DNA of 64,000 bases from an uncultured bacterium (GTDB lineage: Bacteria > Patescibacteriota > Minisyncoccia > UBA6257 > GWB1-50-10): contig CAVRNT010000001.1 in the NCBI GenBank assembly GCA_963722655.1, positions 162,612-226,611 on the forward strand. Reading direction: 5' to 3'. Below, one piece after another: positions 18,065 to 27,065 of the stretch. The translations under genes and the position numbers were made by a program. Below the pieces are notes generated by a model that saw only the letters and a program-made list of their open reading frames with translations, did not search any database and was not told the origin of the DNA. Every line of letters starts with the position of its first letter. Position 1 is the first letter of the stretch.

Positions 18065-18139
18065 TGGCGTCCCTACGAGGAATCGAACCTCGATCCCAGG
18101 TTCCGCAAACCTGTACTCTATCCGTTGAGCTATAGGGAC
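18065..18139 (-). tRNA. tRNA-Arg (anticodon GCG by manual fold; isotype less certain), CCA encoded
   Basis: Acceptor GTCCCTA/TAGGGAC, anticodon stem CAGGT/ACCTG with loop TTGCGGA. Confidence 0.65.
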
Positions 18140-18147
18140 AACTTTCT

Positions 18148-18657
18148 CTAGAATCCCAGGAACCGCGTGAAGATGTCCATGAAGGACTCTTCGTGTTCCA
18201 CTTCCGGCAACTTTCCTTCCAAGAACTCCCGCGCCTGCGCCGCCGTCTGGCCGTCCAAGAGGACTCGCAGGTACGGATTGAAGGACGTCTTGCGCTTCAG
18301 GACCATTTCGTCCAACCGGTTCGGCCGCTCGGTGATGCTGAAGTTCTCCAAAGCATCATAAGGGTAAAATTGCCTTTCGCCAAGATGGCAGCCGTCTTTG
18401 GTCAAGCGGCATTCCATCACCTCCGGCTTGCGCCGACCGAGCATGATCACCATCGCGGCGGCGAGGACGATGAAAACGGCGAAGAAGAAATCCTTCTGCC
18501 AAAGGGCGATCACGACGAGGAGGAGGGAAAAGGCGATGACCAAAAGATACCAGTTGAGGTCCTTTTCGTAATAGTCATGCTCCGCCGCCCGCCAGCTGAT
18601 CTCTTCGGGTGCCCGCCGCTCTGCGGTGACATTCGTTTGTTTTTTGGTCCTCGGCAT
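18148..18657 (-). CDS. hypothetical membrane protein (2 TM)
   Basis: 169-aa ORF between two tRNA genes. Hydrophobic segments at residues ~35-75. Confidence 0.45.
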   Translation of the reverse strand: MPRTKKQTNVTAERRAPEEISWRAAEHDYYEKDLNWYLLVIAFSLLLVVIALWQKDFFFAVFIVLAAAMVIMLGRRKPEVMECRLTKDGCHLGERQFYPYDALENFSITERPNRLDEMVLKRKTSFNPYLRVLLDGQTAAQAREFLEGKLPEVEHEESFMDIFTRFLGF

Positions 18658-18662
18658 TGTCT

Positions 18663-18737
18663 TGGTAGCCTCACCGGGAATCGAACCCGGATTTACGCCG
18701 TGAAAGGGCGCTGTCCTAACCGTTAGACGATAAGGCC
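18663..18737 (-). tRNA. tRNA-Glu (anticodon TTC), CCA encoded
   Basis: Anticodon stem GCGCC/GGCGT with loop CTTTCAC, T-loop TTCGATT. Confidence 0.75.
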
Positions 18738-18775
18738 TCGCTTCCCAATATACCCAAAACTCGAGCTTCGGGCAA

Positions 18776-19645
18776 TCAGACGGTGAAGCGCACGTATATT
18801 CCCGATGGCACGAGACGGCCGGAATGCGATTCCTTCACGTTCAACTCGCCGAACTCACCTTCGGTCCGAGCGGCGTCGGGGAAGGCGCCCTCGACGGTCT
18901 GACGGAAAGAGGTGGAGGAATACCCGGCGGCATAGCCGTTCAGAAGGAAGAACGAACTGGGCTTTTTCGAAAGCAGCGCGGTGAGAGTCTCGAGAAGCCG
19001 CGGCAGATCTTCCTCTATCTTCCAAACCTCACCTTTAGGCCCACGACCGAAGGCCGGCGGGTCTAAGATGATGCCGTCATAGACGGAGCCGCGGCGCTTT
19101 TCCCGTTCCGCGAACTTCAAAGCGTCGTCCAAAATGTATCGAATGCCGTCTGTCGGCGTCCCGGAAGACGCCGCGTTCTCCCTCGCCCAGGCGTTGGTCT
19201 GCTTCGAGGCGTCCACGTGCGTCACAAAGGCGCCGCTTTTCGCGGCGACGATGCTCGCGATACCGGTGTAGGCGAAGAGATTCAAGACCTGCGGACGCTC
19301 CATCTTCGGAACCCGATTCTTCAGCCACTGCCAGTTCGGCGATTGCTCCGGGAAAAGGCCGGTGTGCTTGAAGGACGTGAGGCGTACGGTGAAGCGCGCC
19401 TCGTTCCACTTGAGCCCCCACTCTTCGGGGACCCGACCTTCCTTCTTCCAGTCGCCCTTGCCGCCTGCGAAACTAAAATGCGCCGCCGCCTTCTTCCATT
19501 CCTCCGGGCGCGCCGGTTTCCAAATTGCTTGGGTTTCGGGACGGACGAGAAGAACGTCGCCGTAGCGCTCGAGCTTCTCGTTCCCGCCGGAGTCGATGAG
19601 CTCGTAATCGCTCCACGGCTCGGAGATGAGATCAAGTGCTTTCAT
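18776..19645 (-). CDS. class I SAM-dependent RNA methyltransferase (RlmI/COG1092-like)
   Basis: Motif I LNLFAYTGIASIVAA and motif IV ILDPPAFGRG, with a PUA-like N-terminal region. Confidence 0.6.
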   Translation of the reverse strand: MKALDLISEPWSDYELIDSGGNEKLERYGDVLLVRPETQAIWKPARPEEWKKAAAHFSFAGGKGDWKKEGRVPEEWGLKWNEARFTVRLTSFKHTGLFPEQSPNWQWLKNRVPKMERPQVLNLFAYTGIASIVAAKSGAFVTHVDASKQTNAWARENAASSGTPTDGIRYILDDALKFAEREKRRGSVYDGIILDPPAFGRGPKGEVWKIEEDLPRLLETLTALLSKKPSSFFLLNGYAAGYSSTSFRQTVEGAFPDAARTEGEFGELNVKESHSGRLVPSGIYVRFTV

Positions 19646-20440
19646 TTAGGACTTCAAATGATGCCGACTCCACTCGTAGAGGACGACGGCCGCCGAGATC
19701 GAGGCGTTCAGCGATTCGCATTCGGGGTTCATCGGGATGCGGAGCGCGACGTCGCAGTGCTCCAGCGTCTTTTGCCGGATACCCTCGCCTTCGTTGCCGA
19801 TGATGATGAGCGTTGGCGCCTCGAATCTCTCTTCGCGGACGTCGCGGCTCCCCGCCATGTCCAATCCGTAAGCCCGGAATCCTTTCTCCTTGAGGACGAG
19901 GACGGTCTGGTTGATGTTCCCGATTGCGACGAGCGGTATCGAAAAGACCATGCCGGCCGAGACCTTCACGACGGCGCCCGTGATCGGTGCCTGATGGTGC
20001 GGAGGGATGAGGACGCCCGCGGCGCCGAAGGCCACGGCGCTCCGGATGATGGCGCCGACGTTCTGTGGGTCGGTGAGCTCATCCAAAAGGACGAGCACGG
20101 TGTTCTCGTCAATTTTGATTCCGGCGAGGAAGATCCGAAAATCCACCATGAGTGACGTGGGGTCAATGAAGGCGATGACTCCTTGGTGCGTCGTCTCCCG
20201 GCCGACCATCTTTGAGGCGTCGTGCGATTTCATCGCCGAGGCCGTGATGCCGAGCTTCGAAAGAGCGCTCCGCAGCTCGTTATTCTCCGCGTCGGCGGAG
20301 AGGAAGACCTTCTTTATGGTGTGCGGCGCTTTCGCAAGGGCCTCCTCGAGGGCATGCTTGCCGTAGATGTATATTTTATTGCCGCGGTCGTTGCGGTCGA
20401 ACCTTTTGTGCTGTCTCGGGTTGAATCTTTTTTGGAACAT
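19646..20440 (-). CDS. TrmH/SpoU family RNA 2'-O-methyltransferase (RlmB-like)
   Basis: SpoU substrate-binding N-terminus and SPOUT motifs (LDELTDPQNVGAIIRSA, IIGNEGEGI, ESLNASISAAVVLYE). Start set at the internal Met to avoid overlapping tRNA-Ser. Confidence 0.8.
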   Translation of the reverse strand: MFQKRFNPRQHKRFDRNDRGNKIYIYGKHALEEALAKAPHTIKKVFLSADAENNELRSALSKLGITASAMKSHDASKMVGRETTHQGVIAFIDPTSLMVDFRIFLAGIKIDENTVLVLLDELTDPQNVGAIIRSAVAFGAAGVLIPPHHQAPITGAVVKVSAGMVFSIPLVAIGNINQTVLVLKEKGFRAYGLDMAGSRDVREERFEAPTLIIIGNEGEGIRQKTLEHCDVALRIPMNPECESLNASISAAVVLYEWSRHHLKS

Positions 20441-20451
20441 TGTTGAATTCT

Positions 20452-20542
20452 TGGCGGAGAGGGTGGGAGTCGAACCCACAAGAGGCTTTTAAAACCTCTA
20501 CAGTTTAGCAAACTGCTGGCTTACCATTCGCCGCACCTCTCC
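20452..20542 (-). tRNA. tRNA-Ser (anticodon GCT), long variable arm, CCA encoded
   Basis: Acceptor GGAGAGG/CCTCTCC, anticodon loop TTGCTAA, T-loop TTCGACT. Confidence 0.75.
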
Positions 20543-20597
20543 AAGATCACGCAAACGCCTTGTCTTTATATCATTCCTCTGGTAAGTTGACAACACG

Positions 20598-22004
20598 ATG
20601 CAGGAAAGACCGCCGGTCATAGTGGTGATGGGACACGTGGATCACGGGAAGACCACGCTTTTGGACTATATTCGGAAGACCGCCCTAGCCTCCCGCGAGG
20701 CGGGCGGCATTACCCAAGCGATTGGCGCCTACGAAGCGGAGTGGAAAGGGAAGAAGGTGACCTTCATTGACACGCCGGGTCACGAGGCCTTCCAGAACAT
20801 GCGCGCTTACGGCGCGCGCGTCGCCGACCTCGCGATCCTCGTCGTCGCGGCGGACGACGGCGTGAAACCCCAGACCAAGGAAGCGCTCCAGACGATCCTC
20901 ACGGCCAAGATCCCTTACGTCGTCGCTATCAATAAGATCGACAAGAACAACGCCGACCCGGAGCGCGCCAAGAAGGAGCTGCTCCAGAACGGCGTCCTTT
21001 TGGAGGGGATGGGCGGAGACGTTTCGTATCAGGAAATATCGGCCAAAACGGGTGAGGGCGTGCCGGAACTTCTGGACCTCGTGCTTCTCGCGACCGAGAT
21101 GGAAAGCTTGACGACCGACCCCGAAGCGCCCGCCTCCGGCATCGTGATGACAAGCCGACGGGATTCGCGGCGCGGCGTTTTGGTCGGCATCGTGATCAAA
21201 AACGGCGTTTTGAAAGAAGGTGACCCGATCCGGACCGCGACGGCGAGCGGCAAGGCGAAGATGATCGAGATCGGAAGTGGGGAGAAGGCGGAAGAGCTTT
21301 CACCTTGCGCTCCGGCGCTCATCATCGGTTTCGATTCTCTCCCGCGGGTGGGCGAAAGATTCACGACGGACCTGAACGAAAAGATGGATCAGTTGGAGGC
21401 TGGACCCGCCACGGCGGAGGTCGCCGAAGGCGTCGAGGCCTTAACGGTCGTCCTCAAGGCGGACGAGACCTCTTCGCTCGAGGCGCTCAAAGGCTTGGTC
21501 TTGAAATCGGCCGGCAAGTCGCCGCTCAAGGTGGTGGACGCGAGCGTGGGGAACATCACCGAGAACGACGTCAAGACCGCGGACGCGGCGAAGGCGCTCG
21601 TCATCGGCTTCAAGACGAAAATTGACCGGGCGGCCGAGAACCTCGCGGAGGGACGGCACGTCGAGATCGTGGAATCACCCATCATTTACGAACTCGAAAA
21701 GACGCTCACCGAGCGCTTGGGGAAGGTGAACCCGGCCGATCGCCGGCGGCTTGAAATCCTCGCGACCTTCGGCACGCCGAAGGGCGATGAGCAGGTCGTG
21801 GGCGGCCGCGTCGTCCTCGGGCCCATCAAGAATCAGGAAACCTTCGAAGTGTGGCAGAGCGAAGAAAAGATCGGCGAAGGGAAGATCTTGAACCTCCAAG
21901 CGCAAAAGAAGGACATCGCGGAAGCGAGCGAGGGGATGGAAGCGGGCCTCTTGGTCCAAAGCGCGACGTCCATTAAGCAGGGGAACGTGCTGATGTTCAA
22001 ATGA
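20598..22004 (+). CDS. infB: translation initiation factor IF-2 (minimal form, begins at the G domain)
   Basis: G1 VMGHVDHGKTTLLD, G3 DTPGH, G4 NKID, then the C-terminal beta-barrel domains. Only 468 aa. Followed by rbfA, the classic synteny. Confidence 0.9.
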   Translation: MQERPPVIVVMGHVDHGKTTLLDYIRKTALASREAGGITQAIGAYEAEWKGKKVTFIDTPGHEAFQNMRAYGARVADLAILVVAADDGVKPQTKEALQTILTAKIPYVVAINKIDKNNADPERAKKELLQNGVLLEGMGGDVSYQEISAKTGEGVPELLDLVLLATEMESLTTDPEAPASGIVMTSRRDSRRGVLVGIVIKNGVLKEGDPIRTATASGKAKMIEIGSGEKAEELSPCAPALIIGFDSLPRVGERFTTDLNEKMDQLEAGPATAEVAEGVEALTVVLKADETSSLEALKGLVLKSAGKSPLKVVDASVGNITENDVKTADAAKALVIGFKTKIDRAAENLAEGRHVEIVESPIIYELEKTLTERLGKVNPADRRRLEILATFGTPKGDEQVVGGRVVLGPIKNQETFEVWQSEEKIGEGKILNLQAQKKDIAEASEGMEAGLLVQSATSIKQGNVLMFK

Positions 22005-22285
22005 GGCCCTACCGTAATCTGAAGATGGCGAGTTTGATCCGGGAGGTCCTGAACGAACTTTTCCTCAAGGATTTCGATTTTAACGGCGCCCTGGTCACGA
22101 TTGCGGACGTCGAGATAGACGATAAGCTGGAGACGGCGCGGGTCAAGCTCGCGATCCTGCCGTTTGAAAAGGGGCCTGAAGCGTATAAAATGGTTGAAGA
22201 CCGGCGGCGGGAGCTCCAGTACAAGCTCGTCCGGAAGATGAACGTGAAGCCGATACCGCGTTTGAAGTTTGAAATAGCGCAATAG
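22001..22285 (+). CDS. rbfA: ribosome-binding factor A
   Basis: 94-aa KH-like protein directly downstream of infB. N-terminus RPYRNLKMASLIREVLNELF. Confidence 0.8.
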   Translation: MRPYRNLKMASLIREVLNELFLKDFDFNGALVTIADVEIDDKLETARVKLAILPFEKGPEAYKMVEDRRRELQYKLVRKMNVKPIPRLKFEIAQ

Positions 22286-22357
22286 GGCCGGATGGCGAAG
22301 AGGCAACGCGGCGGTCTGCAAAACCGCTATGCGAGGGTTCGAATCCCTCTCCGGCCT
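22286..22357 (+). tRNA. tRNA-Cys (anticodon GCA)
   Basis: Acceptor GGCCGGA/TCCGGCC, anticodon stem GCGGT/ACCGC with loop CTGCAAA. Confidence 0.75.
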
Positions 22358-22359
22358 CA

Positions 22360-22779
22360 ATGGAAATAAAACTTTTTGTGGCCACCAAAGCGTTCATACG
22401 ACACGGGGATAAGATACTTATTCTCCGTGAATCCGCCAAATACAGCGACGGTTCCAATGCCGGACGCTACGACGTCCCCGGCGGACGGGTGATTCCGGGG
22501 CAGCGTTTTGATGAAAGTATGCGTCGCGAAATAAAGGAAGAAACCGGGCTGGACGTTGATATCGGCGCACCATTCTTTGCCAACGAGTGGCGGCCGGTAG
22601 TACGCGGAGAACAGTGGCAGGTGATAGGTACGTTCTTCGTTTGCGAAAGTAAAACAAATAAGATTATCTTGAGCGAGGATCACGACGATTACCTTTGGAT
22701 AGACCCGGCCGGCTATAAGAGCTACCGGCTGATTGATAATCTAACGCCTGCGTTTGAAGCTTATCTTAAAACCATATAA
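22360..22779 (+). CDS. NUDIX hydrolase
   Basis: Nudix box GGRVIPGQRFDESMRREIKEETGL. Confidence 0.8.
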   Translation: MEIKLFVATKAFIRHGDKILILRESAKYSDGSNAGRYDVPGGRVIPGQRFDESMRREIKEETGLDVDIGAPFFANEWRPVVRGEQWQVIGTFFVCESKTNKIILSEDHDDYLWIDPAGYKSYRLIDNLTPAFEAYLKTI

Positions 22780-22800
22780 GCTTTTGTTAATGCCCGGGTG

Positions 22801-22884
22801 CTGTAACTGGTAGCCAGAGGGGACTTAAAATCCCCTGTCCGCAAGGGCGTGTGGGTTCGATTCCCACCCCGGGCACACTTCGAC
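22801..22884 (+). tRNA. tRNA-Leu (anticodon TAA), long variable arm
   Basis: Acceptor GCCCGGG/CCCGGGC, anticodon stem GGGGA/TCCCC with loop CTTAAAA. Confidence 0.8.
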
Positions 22885-22956
22885 AAGCTCAGTGCAGGCA
22901 CTTCAACTCCGACCAGTGCAAGCAAAACAAAAATCCGCCGATGAGGCGAATTTTCG

Positions 22957-24114
22957 TCATTTTACTTTTATCTTTATGAACTCTTTCTTCCCGATTTTTA
23001 TCATGTCACCGTCCTTTCTTTTCTCATCTGGGTCTTTGACGACCTCTCCGTTCACCTTGATCGCGCCTTGTTCCAAAAGCCTTCTCCATTCGCTATTACT
23101 TTTCCCTCCCAAAGCGATTAGGGTCGCCATTGTGCCGCTTGTCGGGGCTGTACTGGGAACGAATTTGATCTCTATCTCCTCCGGCGTCTCTCTTTTGGAG
23201 AAGGTCTTGATCCAATTTTCCTTCGCTTTGGCCGCGGATTTTTCGCCGTGATACATCCGAGTAACAGTCTCAGCTAGAAGCATCTTCGCCTCGTACGGAT
23301 TTCCCTTCGGCGGTTCCACCTCGGTAAAGTGCGTGAAGTATTTGGCGGTAAGCGAGTCGGGAATGGACATTAATTTTCCGAACATCTCCTCTGGCTTTTC
23401 GGTGAGGCCGACGTAGTTGCCATAACTCTTGCTCATTTTGCGGACGCCGTCTGTGCCCTCTACGAGCGGCATCGTCAAAATATCCTGTTCCGGCATTTTG
23501 AAATAGCGTTGGATGCGCCGGCCCATCAGCAAATTCAATTTCTGGTCTGCCCCGCCGAGCTCCACGTCGGCCTTGACCATCACGGAGTCGTATCCTTGGA
23601 GGATGGCATAAAGGGATTCCAAGACGGTCACGTCGCCGCCGGCATCGATCCGTTTCTGAAAATCCTCGCGCTTCATTATCTGGCTGATGCTCACGGCCTT
23701 GGTGACCGCTAGGAAATCCTTCAAGCTTTTTCCATGCCATTCGCTGTTGTATCGTACTTCTGTCTTTTTTACATCGATGACCTTCCCGGCCTGTTCAAGA
23801 TAGTGCTTCATGTTGGCCTTCACCTCCTTTTCGGTGAGCGGCTGACGTTCGGCCGACTGGCCGGAAGGATCGCCGATCTGGGCGGTGAAGTCGCCGATGA
23901 TGAGCACGGCCTGGTGCCCCAGGTCTTGGAACTCGCGGAGCTTTAGGAGGGGAACAGTGTGGCCGAGGTGGATGTCCGGTTTCGTCGGGTCGATGCCGAG
24001 CTTCACCCGTAGCTTCTGGCCGGAATTGAGCGCTTTTTCCAAATGTTCTCGATCGATCACCTCCTCCACTCCGCGGTTCAGGATTTTCTGGATTAGCACT
24101 TCTTTGTTTTCCAT
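22957..24114 (-). CDS. tyrS: tyrosyl-tRNA synthetase with C-terminal S4 domain
   Basis: HIGH-type motif (PDIHLGHTVPL), KMSKS (KMSKSYGN), C-terminal S4-like KVNGEVV. Confidence 0.9.
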   Translation of the reverse strand: MENKEVLIQKILNRGVEEVIDREHLEKALNSGQKLRVKLGIDPTKPDIHLGHTVPLLKLREFQDLGHQAVLIIGDFTAQIGDPSGQSAERQPLTEKEVKANMKHYLEQAGKVIDVKKTEVRYNSEWHGKSLKDFLAVTKAVSISQIMKREDFQKRIDAGGDVTVLESLYAILQGYDSVMVKADVELGGADQKLNLLMGRRIQRYFKMPEQDILTMPLVEGTDGVRKMSKSYGNYVGLTEKPEEMFGKLMSIPDSLTAKYFTHFTEVEPPKGNPYEAKMLLAETVTRMYHGEKSAAKAKENWIKTFSKRETPEEIEIKFVPSTAPTSGTMATLIALGGKSNSEWRRLLEQGAIKVNGEVVKDPDEKRKDGDMIKIGKKEFIKIKVK

Positions 24115-24185
24115 ATTATCTCCATTCTATCAATATTTCGACAATAAAAAAAACGCCCCTTGGGGGCGCCGGCGTCTATCAGGGT

Positions 24186-24770
24186 CTATTTTTTGGTCCT
24201 GATTATCTCGTCGATCAAGCCGTATTCCTTGGCTTCGGCGGTCGTCATATAGAAATCGCGGTCGGTGTCGTGCTCGATCTTATCCAGTTTCTGGCCGGTG
24301 TGTTTGGCGAGGATCTGGTTGATCTTGTCCTTGATCTTCACGATCTGCTTAGCGGTGATCTCGATCTCGATCGCTTGGCCTTCAGCGCCGCCCATCACCT
24401 GGTGGAGCAAGATCTCGGAGTTGGGGAGGGCGAAGCGCTTGCCCTTCGCGCCGCAACCGAGGAGCACCGCGCCCATCGAGGCGGCCATGCCGACGCAGAT
24501 CGTCGAGACCGGCGCCTTCACGTACTGCATCGTGTCGTAGATGGCCAGTCCCGCCGTAACCGAACCACCGGGAGTGTTCAGGTAAAGTTGGATGTCCTTC
24601 TTCTGGTCCTCGTGATCCAAAAAGAGAAGTTGGGCGATGACGGCGTTCGCCACGTCGTCCATTATCGGTCCGCCTAAAAAGATGATGCGCTCCTTGAGAA
24701 GACGCGAATAGATGTCGTAGGCCCGTTCGCCGTAGGACGACTTTTCTATTACGGTTGGTATCAAATTCAT
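24186..24770 (-). CDS. clpP: ATP-dependent Clp protease proteolytic subunit
   Basis: Ser-His-Asp triad context ([11 protein letters not shown], ...LHQVMGG...), 194 aa. Confidence 0.9.
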   Translation of the reverse strand: MNLIPTVIEKSSYGERAYDIYSRLLKERIIFLGGPIMDDVANAVIAQLLFLDHEDQKKDIQLYLNTPGGSVTAGLAIYDTMQYVKAPVSTICVGMAASMGAVLLGCGAKGKRFALPNSEILLHQVMGGAEGQAIEIEITAKQIVKIKDKINQILAKHTGQKLDKIEHDTDRDFYMTTAEAKEYGLIDEIIRTKK

Positions 24771-24775
24771 CTCCG

Positions 24776-25258
24776 CTACTTTACCAGATCAACCTCGGTC
24801 ACGTCAAACGTCGATGCGCTGAAGATGTTCTGTGCGCTCTGGACCACCACGGTGTCCCCGGCTTTTATGCTCGCGAGCGTAATCGCCGTACGGGTCGGGC
24901 TGCCATCGGGGTTCGGTTTCGTGTTGTCCACCGAGAAATATTTCGTGGCGGACGTTACGTTTGCGTTCCTACTCTGAGTTGCCTGCGGTAATCCATCTAG
25001 GTGAGGGAGGTAGTCAGAAGGATCGTTCACCGTCAGGGTTATGGTCGCGCCGTAGACGTTTGTCACCTGGCCCGTCAAGTTGTGGAGTGTTCCGGAGGGA
25101 GCTGGGAAACCGGCGTTGATTATCGGCATATATTTAGCAGTCGCCGTTTGATTTTCGGTCGCTTGGCCAATGAAGTAGCCGATGAGGCCGCCCGCAATGA
25201 GCGCTAAGATTGCGACGATGATGAAGACCGGTTTCTTGACTCCCGCTTGGTTTGCCAT
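24776..25258 (-). CDS. hypothetical membrane-anchored exported protein
   Basis: N-terminal TM anchor ([22 protein letters not shown]) followed by a Thr/Asn-rich beta-type sequence. Confidence 0.45.
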   Translation of the reverse strand: MANQAGVKKPVFIIVAILALIAGGLIGYFIGQATENQTATAKYMPIINAGFPAPSGTLHNLTGQVTNVYGATITLTVNDPSDYLPHLDGLPQATQSRNANVTSATKYFSVDNTKPNPDGSPTRTAITLASIKAGDTVVVQSAQNIFSASTFDVTEVDLVK

Positions 25259-25344
25259 ATGCGTTCATTATAACAAATCGTTCGTGTGATATAATGGAAG
25301 AAAATCACAAGGTACCGTAAACCTTGTTTGCTATAATAAAAAGT

Positions 25345-26979
25345 ATGAAAAACTTGCGGCGGAGCCCCTTCTTCTACTTGAGCTTAATACTCGCTTTCGC
25401 GGTCGCTTTTGAAATAGCCAGCGTCGTGAGCGCCGCGTGGACCGCGCCGACGCAAAGCCCGCCGAACGGCAGTCCGGCCCAGCCGATTGATACTAGCGGC
25501 GACGCGCAGACAAAGACCGGCGGTTTGACGATCACCTCCAATGCGCCCGCGACAAATGGCGTGAAGATAGATCCTTACGGTCATGTCTGGTTCGGGTCCT
25601 CGAACGGAGATGGGACCATAAAAACGTCCCAGGGCGGGATTTATTTTGACGGAACTCAATTGCAGTATACGAATAATGGTGGCACAAGCTGGCAGCCAAT
25701 CGGGAGCGGAAGCGGATCGGCTTTCTGGGCGACGACCACTCCTTCTTCGATCTATGGCGGCATCTACTACACGGGAGGAGCTGTTGGTATCGGCAGTCAA
25801 CCGGAGTCTGAGTTCACGATATATCCTTCGTATGCGACTTGGCCGTTCAACTTCGGTAGCGGCGGTGGGGCCAACATCATTCGAAGTAATGCTTATTGGT
25901 CCGGTTCTCTTGGCACCGACGTATATGCCACCAGCGGACCGGCGGAAGAAATCGTCTTTGAGGGTGACGGTATCCATTTCGTGACCGCTCCGAGTGGCGT
26001 TGCCGGGAAGCCGGTTGCGCAGAATGGCGTATGGGCAGACCGTATGTCTTTTGATTCTATGGGCAATTTAACCCTCGATAATAGCATTAACTTGGTGACT
26101 AAAAGTATCACGGGCTTTTGGCTGGTTGCTTCGGATATGCCAACCTATGGGGATCCGTCCGAACGGTATTATGGCCCCGCAACCGACCTTGGTTGCGATA
26201 CGAATCAGGGGGATACCGTGACTTGGAATTCCGATAATTCCGCCACGTCCGATTGCAACATAGGCGCGCCTTATACTGATACCAGTGGTCAAGAACAGCG
26301 CATGGTGACCAATCCGGGTACAACCGGTTCAACTGACGGTTATTATTACGATGAATATCAAGATCAGGGTAATATAGTGGCTAATTATTTTCAATACAAA
26401 ACCATTACGGTTATTGACTCTAGTTCTGCGCCGGCCAGGCCAAATACAGCCACTCTGAACGTCGCCGACATCAACCTTAACGGCGGACTTTTTGATGGAG
26501 CGGTGGTGCTCCCAAATGGTACGAAAATATGCGCTGCCGACGTTAATACTACTGGTTCCACCGACAATGCGGCTTGTGCAAAGGTAGACAACGGCACGAT
26601 AGATATGTGGGTGAAAGGTAGCTCACAAAATAGCACGTGTAATAATAGTTATTATTGCGGAGCGGGCCGCAACCCTTCGGGGACAGGTGATTGGCAAACG
26701 TCCTGCACGGTTGGTTATCCTTTAATTGGATGGGTGGAGGACTCGGGGAACAGCAACACAATGTCAAGTGGGATAGTGCCCAAATTATCTTTAATCTGCA
26801 GCATGGAGAACACCAACGACAACCCGGAAATGAGATATGTAATCTGTCCGTTAGCCGGCGCTACGGGTCACGGGATCGCCGGAACGCCTATGATAAACGC
26901 AGGAGGACCAACCCCATTCGTAACTCGTAATACTGGGAGTGGTTTCTGTGAACCCTCAGCTTATGGATCGGCATTCTGA
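25345..26979 (+). CDS. hypothetical secreted Gly/Thr/Cys-rich surface protein
   Basis: N-terminal signal/anchor (FFYLSLILAFAVAF) and more than 10 Cys in the C-terminal third. Start set at the ATG 8 nt after the GCTATAAT box (the ORF opens at 25324). Confidence 0.5.
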   Translation: MKNLRRSPFFYLSLILAFAVAFEIASVVSAAWTAPTQSPPNGSPAQPIDTSGDAQTKTGGLTITSNAPATNGVKIDPYGHVWFGSSNGDGTIKTSQGGIYFDGTQLQYTNNGGTSWQPIGSGSGSAFWATTTPSSIYGGIYYTGGAVGIGSQPESEFTIYPSYATWPFNFGSGGGANIIRSNAYWSGSLGTDVYATSGPAEEIVFEGDGIHFVTAPSGVAGKPVAQNGVWADRMSFDSMGNLTLDNSINLVTKSITGFWLVASDMPTYGDPSERYYGPATDLGCDTNQGDTVTWNSDNSATSDCNIGAPYTDTSGQEQRMVTNPGTTGSTDGYYYDEYQDQGNIVANYFQYKTITVIDSSSAPARPNTATLNVADINLNGGLFDGAVVLPNGTKICAADVNTTGSTDNAACAKVDNGTIDMWVKGSSQNSTCNNSYYCGAGRNPSGTGDWQTSCTVGYPLIGWVEDSGNSNTMSSGIVPKLSLICSMENTNDNPEMRYVICPLAGATGHGIAGTPMINAGGPTPFVTRNTGSGFCEPSAYGSAF

Positions 26980-27065
26980 CCTTCAAGCTAAGATTTAGAC
27001 TCAAACTCCGATTAGCCGCCCTCCATTAGGCGGCTTTTTGTCAACCATCTGCTATAATAAAACCA

